A DNA stretch of 64,000 nucleotides. Source: Macrostomum lignano (taxonomy: Eukaryota). The position numbers and the translations under genes were made by a program. The DNA lies in NCBI GenBank assembly GCA_002269645.1, contig NIVC01001129.1, positions 1 through 64,000 of the forward strand, in the 5' to 3' direction. Position 1 is the stretch's first letter, and each line of letters opens with the position of its first letter. Positions 48,901 to 59,800 of the stretch are shown here, in pieces. Below the pieces are notes generated by a model, which was not told the origin of the DNA, did no database searches, and worked only from the letters and a program-made list of their open reading frames with translations.

Positions 48901-51900
48901 ACCTAGCTGCCGCACAAAATCAGGCTAACCACAGTCGTGGCGGGGACGGGAAGAAAAGGAGGACAAGAAGAACCAACACCAAGGAGAGACACCTTGCAAA
49001 AATAATAGGAATAAGGTTAACAACAATCGAAACAATTGATCCAAGGGCAGTAGAAAGACTGCAGAGAAGTCTGGCCAAATCAGGAGTTTTCTTAACGGCT
49101 TGAGCATTCTGTAGATGCTCAGTGCACGGCAGAGCTGTGACGCTGTGCATAAAATCCATCGACTAGAAAAACTGATTCTACCACTTCTGGGGGGCATCAG
49201 TGCATCCTTGCAGGGCGGAGCTTTCAGACTGCACTCTGACTGGAAAACAGTTGGGATTTGAGAACGCCGTGAAATCACTACGGAGCATAACAAAAGTTTT
49301 ATGTTAAAGTAATTAATTCATGCTAAAAACTATACCATCACAGACGTTGTAATAAAAGACTAATTTTCTGGCAGACCCAATCACAAAGAAGTTGGTGCAC
49401 CAAGGTTACGACGTCCAGCAGGCAATAATTGATGTTCTGCGGCACGCCACCGAGCGTGAGGCTGCTAGGGAGAAGAGCCGGATACAGACTGAGGCTGCTG
49501 CAGCTACCTTGTCTCCACTGCTGCTGACTTTGAAAACTCAGTCAACTCAGCTCCACCATCTCCCACAAGCACAAGAAGAAGAGACAGGACTCCAATACTG
49601 GTGAACGTAAGGGAAAAATGACACAGAAAAGGCGCAAAATCATGCTTGGAGGACAGCGATGACGATGAAAACTTGCCCAGCGAGATGAATGACGATCGTC
49701 AGTCGGTCGATAGCGTGGAATTGGACAGCGAGAATCGATACTATTTACTGAACATCTTGTCTGAACTACTTTTATTTCTTTCTAACAAGTTTAACCAGTC
49801 AGTTTTTGTAATGTTCTGCATACATTTTGCATGTGTAGTACATATATTCTGTATTTGTTATTTTGCTCTTCTCGGGTGTAGTGCATTCTGTGCTTGTTAT
49901 TTTGCCCTCCTTCCCATGTCTGAGTCGGCCAACTCGGTGACAATTTCTGACTGGTTATTAGGGACGGGTGGTCCGGCCCTTGGCTTTTTGCGTGCAGCCG
50001 ATTGGAAGGTGATGTAGACGACGACGGCAACGTGTATTTGATTTTGTAGATCTTATACATCGTTTGCCGTTGTATCCAGCCATCTGCGGTGGCAAGTGGA
50101 CAGGACAACAGGCCTGGCAACATGGATACAAAGAAAAGGAAAAGGAGCCCAGGGGCAGAGGAGACTGACCGCTTGACCAACCGTTTTCGTCAAAGACAGG
50201 AGGAATTAGCGAAACCTCTATCTAAAAATCAGGCGACACCCCCCGAACGTCGTGTTGGACCGAGGCGCATGGAGAGGGATCACGAAGACCCGGGAAGAAC
50301 ACGTTATCTCAGAAGAACGGTCGAAGAGAAAGAAACAACTCCTCGGGTGGAGACCAACAGAGGAAGTTGAAAATGACATGCAAGTACATGTAGACTGGAT
50401 AACGGTGGCGGTACGGCAATTGCGGAGAACTCTGTGCATCGCAGGGAGGCCTGGCGATTCACCAGAGACGCACTATAGAGATGCTCTACAAGTATGTCAA
50501 GATGGAATTACTATGCCGTAAATACAAGACAGGCGTTTATCAGAGACCATAGAGATAAGTCAGCAAAGAACTTCGTCTTGTGCGGGCAAAGCAAGAATGG
50601 CACAGCAAAATGAACTTCACGCGTCACAGGAGAGCCTGCCAGCCGCCCCTGAACTTGGAGCAGAACACCACCGCGAATTACATGCACCCGAGCCGCCCCT
50701 CCCCATTCGGCTAAAGTGGTGGCGCGGATCTACCACAGTGCAAGGGCCCCCTGACCAACCTGCGGCAGCATGCTGACGAAAGCAAATATGGTCAGGCACA
50801 GGACGCGCGTGTTCTAGGCCACCTGCGTGTACCGTGTCCTTGTCGTAAGGCGATAAAAGGACGAGATGACGGCAAGGTGGACGAAGAATGTGTGCTTTTG
50901 TGATCGGATGCTAGTCTTTCTTACATGTATGTTAGTTTAAGTAATTGCTCATTTCCGTTGCATTTTAGACATTTTTACGTTTCCATTTGAGTCTTTTCAT
51001 GAAAATTTAAAACAACGCATCAAAAAGACGCGTTTTGTGTTCTCCCATTCAGTAAAACAGATGTTACTTTGGTCTGAAAATAGTCGTTGTTTGTGTGAAG
51101 ATAGTTGTTTCAACACTGAGTCCCTTAACAACTGCCCTTTTCCAAATGAAATTCCCATCATTGTTACATATGTTAAGACTAATTGAAATTTATCTGGTGA
51201 TGCGTTGAAGTTTTCAAGAAGTTTGTATCAGTATCCATACGACAGTAGCGTTTTATAAGCTCTCGCATTCTCAATAAACTCCTGGTGTCCCTAACGGCAA
51301 GGGCAGCTGTTAATTAGTTACTTTTCACACACGTGAGCTAGTATTCTGTGAATATTTTATCGAACTGTTAAGTCGAAATGTCTGTGCCTGAAGTAATCCA
51401 TTGCCAAGAGAGAGTTGCTACGATGCACATATCGTTAAACAGTTCGATAGCGTGCGCTTATGTTTTGCCAGCTTACTTACGCCTTACTTCCTTTGCTCTT
51501 TAATAGTGCAACAAACAGAAAGCTCACTTCATACTGGAGTCGAACACGTGAACCAGCAGCAGGGAGAACAATGAATAATAAAACTCCGACAAGTAGGTCT
51601 TCTCGCTGGTGCAATATTCGTAAAAATAGTCGAGCTTTTTGGATAGCAGACACTGAAAGCAGGGGTTGCAGTGATGTAGAAATAAATCTCGAAAATAAAT
51701 GGATGATAAAGGCACACAATTTTGCAGGCTACTCACAGGGTAAGCATCTTCTAGTGCGATGAGGCACTGCAACGCTCTGAATCTGAGCAGCATGTTGTGA
51801 ATGCCATTTACACTGCCCACTATGTCCAGCAGATAGGAGATCAACTTTGAGCATAGCTGGTGCTCGTCTCGCTGGAATTTGGATAATAACAGATGCGACA

Positions 51901-54169
51901 GGGCGGTTGAGAGATGAGAAAGGCGGATGATGGGTGATTTTAGGGGGGATGATGGCGATTCTAAGGGTGGGGGCGGATGATGAGCGATTCTAAGGGGGGC
52001 AGATGATGGCGATTCTAAGGGGGGCGATTCTAAGGGGGGCGGATAATGGCGATTCCAAGGGGGGGCGGATGATGAGCGATTCTAGGGGGGGGGCGGACGA
52101 TGAGTGATTCTAAGGGGGGCGGATAATGGCGATTCCAAGGGGGGGCGGATAATGGCGATTCCAAGGGGGGGGGCGGATGATGAGCGATTCTAGGGGGGGG
52201 GGCGGATGATGAGCGATTCTAGGGGGGGGCGGATGATGAGTGATTCTAAGGGGGGCGGATAATGGCGATTCCAAGGGGGGGCGGATAATGGCGATTCCAA
52301 GGGGGGGGGCGGATGATGAGCGATTCTAGGGGGGGGGGCGGATGATGAGTGATTCTAAGGGGGGCGGATAATGGCGATTCCAAGGGGGGGGGGATGATGA
52401 GCGATTCTAGGGGGGGCGGATGATGAGTGATTCTAAGGGGGGCGGATAATGGCGATTCCAAGGGGGGCGGATGATGGCGATTTTAAGGGGGGGGGCGGAT
52501 GATGGCGATTCTAAGGGGGGGATGATGGCGATTCTAAGGGGGGCGGATGATGGCGATTCTAAGGGGGGGGGGCGGATGATGGGCGATTCTAATAGCACTC
52601 ACAAGCAGATCGCGAGAAATCATGAGGCTGCAGCAGCAGACCATGGCCTGAGCTGTCAGATGTTGCGGCTGCTGCTGCGACTTGGTCAGGTCAAGTAGAA
52701 ATGACAGCAGCTGGACCAAACTGGCAAGGAAAGTGAAAGTTAAAATATAACCATTCCTAGCAGGAGGTACGTTTAAATGCGTATATTAAACAAATGCAAT
52801 ATCTACTACTCAAAGATTTAACTAAAATTCCATTCAAAGAATCACATGCTCCTCTAGAAGACCACCTGTCACTCTAGAAGACCACTTGTCTCTCTTGAAG
52901 ACCACCTGTCACTCTAGAAGACCACTTGTCACTCTAGAAGACCACCTGTCACTCTAGAAGACCACCTGTCACTCTAGAAGACCACCTGTCACTCTAGAAG
53001 ATCACCTGTCACTCTAGAAGACCACCTGTCACTCTAGAAGACCACTTGTCTATCTTGAAGACCACCTGTCACTCTAGAAGACCACTTGTCACTCTAGAAG
53101 ACCACCTGTCACTCTAGAAGACCACCTGTCACTCTAGAAGATCACCTGTCACTCTAGAAGACCACCTGTCACTCTAGAAGACCACTTGTCTCTCTTGAAG
53201 ACCACCTGTCACTCTAGAAGACCACTTGTCACTCTAGAAGACCACATGTCACTCTAGAAGACCACTTGTCTCTCTTGAAGACCACTTGTCACTCTAGAAG
53301 ACCACATGTCACTCTAGAAGACCACTTGTCTCTCTTGAAGACCACCTGTCACTCTAGAAGACCACTTGTCACTCTAGAAGACCACATGTCACTCTAGAAG
53401 ACCACTTGTCTCTCTTGAAGACCACTTGTCACTCTAGAAGACCACATGTCACTCTAGAAGACCACTTGTCTCTCTTGAAGACCACCTGTCACTCTAGACG
53501 ACCACTTGTCACTCTAGAAGATCACCTGTCTCTAGAAGAGCCCCTGTAACTCTAGAAGAGCACCTGTCACTCTGGAAGAGCACCTGTCACTCTGGAAGAG
53601 CACCTACCTGTCACTCTAGAAGAGCACCTGTCCCTCTTGAAGAGCAGCTGTTACTTTCGAAGACCACCTGTCACTCTAGAAGACCACCTGTCACTCTAAG
53701 ACTACCTGTCGATCTAGAAGAGTACCTGTCACTTTAGAAGAGCACCTGTCACTCTAGAAAACCATCTGTCATTCTAGAAGACCACCTCTAGAAGAAAGAC
53801 CGGCCTCAATGTCCCATCTCACCCATTCCTAGTTCGCACCAGCAAGTCGGCATTCTCCTGCAAGAGCAGCAGCAGATGCAGTTTGCCAGTCAGACAGACA
53901 GATTTACCAGACTCAGCAGAATCGCTAAACAGCAATTCCTGCAGCTGGAACACGCACTCCGTATCGATAGCGAAATCGTCAGCTCCATTACTTGACAAGT
54001 CGAAATCTGCAGATTCGCTCTCACTACTTCTATTATATTGTTGAGTAGTAGTAAGACGCAGAGAAAAATTTAAACGCAATTGCGACAACGGAGAACCAAG
54101 ACTGGACAAAGATGCGCCACAGTTAGCGAATACCTTTAGCGCGCGTTTGAAGTCAACATTCGCTGGCAT
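39974..54169 (-). CDS. AP5B1: AP-5 complex subunit beta-1-like protein, ~1023 aa; exons 54169-53823, 52720-52603, 51871-51737, 51652-51528, 47358-46676, 44347-44085, 43007-42303, 40960-40439, 40147-39974
   Basis: Nine phase-consistent GT-AG exons totalling 3072 nt. Collinear resemblance, from memory, to vertebrate AP5B1 segments: LQCLIALEDAYP|CLL, PLRLLMCHCLANYP, LVGALFPGVFDP, DIDVRSRAQLYYSLASYMPAQKL, C-terminal DAWQLLVRFDRYLKSL. Identity needs an HMM/BLAST check. Confidence 0.78.
40190..40412. repeat. 24-bp minisatellite (9 copies) in the last AP5B1 intron
   Basis: (CATTAGCCAATTCATTAGCCGTAG)n; reads ANELANAT in frame on the minus strand. Confidence 0.95.
41030..42283. repeat. 20-bp minisatellite filling AP5B1 intron 7
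   Basis: (GAATGATCATACATGACCCA)n. Confidence 0.98.
43090..44060. repeat. ~25-bp minisatellite filling AP5B1 intron 6
   Basis: (GAGAGTGACAGAATTTGATGAAGCT)n, with a duplicated variant block near 43690 and 43995. Confidence 0.96.
44480..45640. repeat. Pyrimidine-rich (CTCTCCTGCCTCCCCC)n tract in AP5B1 intron 5
   Basis: Read directly; source of the spurious RERG and SLSP ORFs. Confidence 0.97.
46240..46620. repeat. Degenerate AAAAGTACA-core repeat in AP5B1 intron 5
   Basis: Recurrent CCTAAAAGTACA and AAATCTAG blocks with high divergence. Confidence 0.6.
47440..47975. repeat. 22/24-bp minisatellite in AP5B1 intron 4
   Basis: (GTGACAGAGTGACCAATCTGAT[AT])n. Confidence 0.96.
48380..50890 (+). other. 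Unclassified GC-richer insert with fragmented ORFs in AP5B1 intron 4, probably a decayed retroelement
   Basis: Broken plus-strand ORFs at 48427, 48894, 49392, 50089 and 50252. Decayed zinc-finger-like *PTCGSMLTKANMVRHRTRV at 50752-50814. No termini or catalytic motifs identified. Confidence 0.3.
51915..52590. repeat. G-run-rich minisatellite filling AP5B1 intron 2
   Basis: (GGCGGATGATG[A]GCGATTCTAAGGGGG..)n with variable-length G runs. Confidence 0.95.
52850..53790. repeat. 20-bp minisatellite filling AP5B1 intron 1
   Basis: (ACCACCTGTCACTCTAGAAG)n. Confidence 0.97.
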
Positions 54170-54294
54170 TTTTGACTTCTTTTTGGCGACTGAATGCAAT
54201 TATACTGATGTAATATTACTAGGCCTGAAAGCGACGAGCAACTGAGGAAGTTGAGGAAAACAATTCAATGCATTTCAATGAGTTCATCCTAATA

Positions 54295-56515
54295 TTTATT
54301 GTGAAATTTCCCTACTAGCTCCTATATCTTACGATTGTGAAATTTCCCTACTAGCTCCTATATCTTACGATTGTAAAATTTCCTTACTAGCTCCTATATC
54401 TTACGATTGTGAAATTTCCCTACTAGCTCCTATATCTTACGATTGTGGAATTTCCTTACTAGCTCCTATATCTTACGATTGTAAAATTTCCTTACTAGCT
54501 CCTATATCTTACGATTGTGGAATTTCCCTACTAGCTCCTATATCTTACGATTGTGGAATTTCCTTACTAGCTCCTATATCTTACGATTGTGGAATTTCCT
54601 TACTAGCTCCTATATCTTACGATTGTGAAATTTCCCTACTAGCTCCTATATCTTACGATTGTGAAATTTCCCCACTGTTTTGTAGCTTTAGATTGTGGAA
54701 TTTCCCCACTATCTTGTAGCCTCAGATTGTGGAATTTCCCCACTATCTTGTAGCCTCAGATTGTGGAATTTCCCCACTGTCTTGCAGCCTCAGATTGTGG
54801 AATTTCCCCACTGTCTTGCAGCCTCAGATTGTGGAATTTCCCCACTGTTTTGTAGCCTCAGATTGTGGAATTTCCCCACTATCTTGTTGCCTCAGATTGT
54901 GGAATTTCCCCACTGTCTTGCAGCCTCAGATTATGGAATTTCCCCACTGTCTTGCAGCCTCAGATTGTGGAATTTCCCCACTGTTTTGTAGCCTCAGATT
55001 GTGGAATTTCCCCACTATCTTGTAGCCTCAGATTGTGGAATTTCCCCACTGTTTTGTAGCTTTAGATTGTGGAATTTCCCCACTATCTTGTAGCCTCAGA
55101 TTGTGGAATTTCCCCACTGTCTTGCAGCCTCAGATTATGGAATTTCCCCACTGTCTTGCAGCCTCAGATTGTGGAATTTCCCCACTGTCTTGCAGCCTCA
55201 GATTATGGAATTTCCCCACTGTCTTGCAGCCTCAGATTGTGGAATTTCCCCACTGTTTTGTAGCCTCAGATTGTGGAATTTCCCCACTATCTTGTAGCCT
55301 CAGATTGTGGAATTTCCCCACTGTCTTGCAGCCTCAGATTGTGGAATTTCCCCACTGTTTTGTAGCCTCAGATTGTGGAATTTCCCCACTGTCTTGCAGC
55401 CTCAGATTGTGGAATTTCCCCACTGTTTTGTAGCCTCAGATTGTGGAATTTCCCCACTGTCTTGTAGCCTCAGATTGTGGAATTTCCCCACTGTCTTGCA
55501 GCCTCAGATTGTGGAATTTCCCCACTGTCTTTTAGCCTCAGATTGTGGAATTTCCCCACTGTCTTGTAGCCTCAGATTGTGGAAATTCCCCACTGTCTTG
55601 TAGCCTCAGATTGTGGAATTTCCCCACTGTCTTGCAGCCTCAGATTGTGGAATTTCCCTACTAGCTCCTATATCTTACGATTGTGGAATTTCCCCACTGT
55701 CTTGTAGCCTCAGATTGTGGAATTTCCCCACTGTCTTGCAGCTTCAGATTGTGGAATTTCCCCACTGTCTTGCAGCTTCAGATTGTGGAATTTCCCCACT
55801 GTTTTGCAGCTATAGATTGTGGAATTTCCCCACTGTTTTGCAGCTTTAGATTGTGGAATTTCCCCACTGTCTTGTAGCCTCAGATTGTGGAATTTCCCCA
55901 CTGTCTTGTTGCCTCATTGTGGAATTTCCCCACTGTTTTGCAGCCTCAGATTGTGGAATTTCCCCACTATCTTGTAGCCTCAGATTGTGGAATTTCCCCA
56001 CTGTCTTGTAGCCTCAGATTGTGGAATTTCCCCACTGTCTTGTAGCCTCAGATTGTGGAATTTCCCCACTGTCTTGTAGCCTCATATTGTGGAATTTCCC
56101 CACTGTTTTGTAGCTTTAGATTGTGGAATTTCCCCACTGTTTTGCAGCTTTAGATTGTGGAATTCCCCCACTGTTTTGTAGCTTTAGATTGTGGAATCTC
56201 CCCACTGTTTTGCAGCTTTAGATTGTGGAATTTCCCCACTGTTTTGTAGCTTTAGATTGTGGAATTTCCCCACTGTTTTGTAGCTTTAGATTGTGGAATT
56301 TCCCCACTGTTTTGCAGCTTTAGATTGTGGAATTCCCCCACTGTTTTGCAGCTTTAGATTGTGGAATTTCCCCACTGTTTTGCAGCTTTAGATTGTGGAA
56401 TTCCCCCACTGTTTTGCAGCTTTAGATTGTGGAATTTCCCCACTGTTTTGCAGCTTTAGATTGTGGAATTTCCCCACTGTTTTGCAGCTTTAGATTGTGG
56501 AATTTCCCCACTGTA
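54295..56515. repeat. ~34-bp minisatellite directly upstream of the AP5B1 start
   Basis: (GATTGTGGAATTTCCCCACTGTCTTGCAGCCTCA)n, preceded by a variant (GATTGTGAAATTTCCCTACTAGCTCCTATATCTTAC)n. Confidence 0.98.
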
Positions 56516-57119
56516 CCGTTTGCAGCCTAAAAACTATCGTACCATAAACATAGATAAAAAACAATTTTAAAAGCAAAATTTTGAGACAATCAAAGCCAAT
56601 CAAGCTACTAGTATATTGCGGTGCTCCAACAACAACCATATAAATTAAATAATCATTATACATGTAATTGGTATTCGCATTAGAATTTACCTACAGACAT
56701 AGCGTAGACAATCGATCAGTGATCCGTATTCACCAGAAAAAACTGAACAGCAAACTCAAACAAAAGCATTTACGAAAATTGATTCATTTTTTACGACGTC
56801 AAAATCAAGTTTTATTTCAAGTTCAGTAGGACAATAACTTCAACGAAGTGCCAGACACTGAATAATACAATGAGAGATTTATGGTGAAGAAATGGTTTGG
56901 AGTTTTGGCGAAATGCAAATTTATATATATTACAATATTATTATTGTATTAGCGTACATTTAATCGGAATTTTAAATATTAATAATACATTGGTTAATGA
57001 TGTCGAACGTTTCGAAGTGGTTGGTAAAGTGAAAAATAGTTAATTAATTAATTAAAAACCAAATTATCAACAAAATTGAATCTCCGCTCGTAAAGTAAAT
57101 GTATAATAACTCAAAGGCG

Positions 57120-57956
57120 ATTTCGTTGGTCAGCTGGGGTCAGAGGGCGATTGATTTTGTTGGTCAGCTGGGGTCAAAGGGCAATTTCGCTGGTCCACTA
57201 GGGTCAGAGGGAGATTTTGTTGGTCAGCTGGGGTCAGAGAGAGATTTGTTGGTCAGCTGGGGTCAGAGGGAGATTTTGTTGGTCAGCTGGGGTCAGAGGG
57301 AGATTTTGTTGGTCAGCTGGGGTCAGAGGGAGATTTTGTTGGTCAGCTGGGGTCAGAGAGAGATTTTGTTGGTCAGCTGGGGTCAGAGAGAGATTTTGTT
57401 GGTCAGCTGGGGTCAGAGGGAGATTTTGTTGGTCAGCTGGGGTCAGAGAGAGATTTTGTTGGTCAGCTGGGGTCAGAGGGAGATTTTGTTGGTCAGCTGG
57501 GGTCAGAGAGAGATTTTGTTGGTCAGCTGGGGTCAGAGAGAGATTTTGTTGGTCAGCTGGGGTCAGAGAGAGATTTTGTTGGTCAGCTGGGGTCAGAGAG
57601 AGATTTTGTTGGTCAGCTGGGGTCAGAGGGAGATTTTGTTGGTCAGCTGGGGTCAGAGAGAGATTTTGTTGGTCAGCTGGGGTCAGAGGGAGATTTTGTT
57701 GGTCAGCTGGGGTCAGAGAGAGATTTTGTTGGTCAGCTGGGGTCAGAGAGAGATTTTGTTGGTCAGCTGGGGTCAGAGAGAGATTTTGTTGGTCAGCTGG
57801 GGTCAGAGGGAGATTTTGTTGGTCAGCTGGGGTCAGAGGGAGATTTTGTTGGTCAGCTGGGGTCAGAGGGAGATTTTGTTGGTCAGCTGGGGTCAGAGGG
57901 AGATTTTGTTGGTCAGCTGGGGTCAGAGGGAGATTTTGTTGGTCAGCTGGGGTCAT
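57120..57956. repeat. 30-bp minisatellite
   Basis: (AGATTTTGTTGGTCAGCTGGGGTCAGAG[A/G]G)n. Confidence 0.98.
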
Positions 57957-58674
57957 ATCACAATTTTTACTGGTGGTGTCAGAAGGCAATGTGTCAGGAG
58001 AAAGTGATTTTGAAGAGGTTTTATTGAAAAAAAATTATTGAGAATTTATTCAGAGCAAGGAAATAATTTTTTTCTATATAGTGGAAGGCAAACAGAAAGA
58101 CACACTAGACGTTAAAATTCTATAAATACTCGTAATTATAACTCACAAGCGGAACCAGTTCTTATTCCTGAATTAAAAAAGCTTTTAAAGTCAAAGCAAA
58201 AAAAGAACACAACACCACCAGTACCGCAAGAAGTTAGGAATCACGGAACTACTGGCTTTAATTTAGACGTTGCTTACCCGGAACTTGGACAACAACGAAT
58301 AATCGGTGTTTGACGAACGAAGAATTAGCTGAAAATCAATTGTATATAAGATAATTGAAAATATTTCAAGCGGATGATAAAAAACGAGCAAAAATACGCA
58401 ATGCTTTACGACTTAGTATTAGTAGTAAGCAGCGAACGCGTGCTGGTTTTTTAAAACACGCCGAGAAAAGAATAAATATTTGCAAATTTTAGGGAAAAAG
58501 GACAGACAATGATTAACAAGTTTGTTTCAGTTTTTTACATTACATTTATAATTAATTCATTGAGAGCCATTGAATCGAATTTCGGGTACATTTAGAGGTC
58601 CTTGCGCGTTTGAACAAAATTGTAGACACATCTTCAAGACCAGTTTATGCTGCATCTGATTAAAGCGTTAAGAA

Positions 58675-59300
58675 TCACCGTCAGGGTGTTCAAAGTGGCT
58701 CCTTCAGAAGCATCACCGTCAGGATATTCAAAGTGGCTCCTTCAGAAGCATCACCGTCAGGATATTCAAAGTGGCTCCTTCAGAAGCATCACCGTCAGGA
58801 TATTGAAAGTGGCTCCTTCAGAAGCATCACCGTCAGGATATTGAAAGTGGCTCCTTCAGAAGCATCACAGTCAGGATATTCAAAGTGGCTCCTTCAGAAG
58901 CATCACAGTCAGGATATTCAAAGTGGCTCCTTCAGAAGCATCACCGTCAGGATATTCAAAGTGGCTCCTTCAGAAGCATCACCGTCAGGATATTCAAAGT
59001 GGCACTATCAGAAGCATCACCGTCAGGATATTCAAAGTGGCTCCTTCAGAAGCATCACCGTCAGGATATTCAAAGTGGCTCCTTCAGAAGCATCACCGTC
59101 AGGATATTCAAAGTGGCTCCTTCAGAAGCATCACCGTCAGGATATTCAAAGTGGCACTATCAGAAGCATCACCGTCAGGATATTCAAAGTGGCTCCTTCA
59201 GAAGCATCACCGTCAGGATATTCAAAGTGGCTCCTTCAGAAGCATCACAGTCAGGATATTCAAAGTGGCTCCTTCAGAAGCATCACAGTCAGGATATTCA
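58675..59300. repeat. 38-bp minisatellite
   Basis: (CAAAGTGGCTCCTTCAGAAGCATCACCGTCAGGATATT)n. Confidence 0.97.
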
Positions 59301-59800
59301 AACGATTCTTTTCGAAAACATCAACACCATCAAGATATTCAAAGCGGTTCCTTCTAATACATGTACATCACGGAGATCTGTAGTTCTGCGTATGTCAACG
59401 TGGACTGCGTAAATGAATGACAATGGAACAAATGAAAAAGACACACTTTTAACCAAGGTAAGCACAGAAATTATTGATTTACAATAAAGTAAAATTAAGT
59501 AACTTCGAATCGGTATTCTGGTACGGAATGATAAATGGACTCGCGTATAAACAAACTAAATCAATAAAATAATGACATCACAGTCAATTAAAAAAGCCAA
59601 ATTAACAGTCGGAGATTATGCGCCAATCATACTACTTATTTTAATTCAGAAATCGAATAGCTCGAATTTAATCAGACACAAATAATGATTGAAATCATAC
59701 AAACTCCGACTGTTAAAAATGGCATATATAATAAAACTTCGATTCAATGTTAAATTTTAGACAAATCAATAAGCGACAAAAAACATTGAAAAAAATATCT

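Noticed and set aside
57120-57956. TGGTCA-n4-GGGTCA (DR4-like nuclear receptor element) in every unit
   Set aside because: Imperfect half-sites of this kind arise easily by chance; no supporting context.
54695-59412. Repetitive ORFs (MEFPHC..., LLVSWGQREI, TPADQQNL, APSEASPSGY)
   Set aside because: Frame-cycling products of 34-, 30- and 38-bp satellites; no unique coding flanks or splice context.
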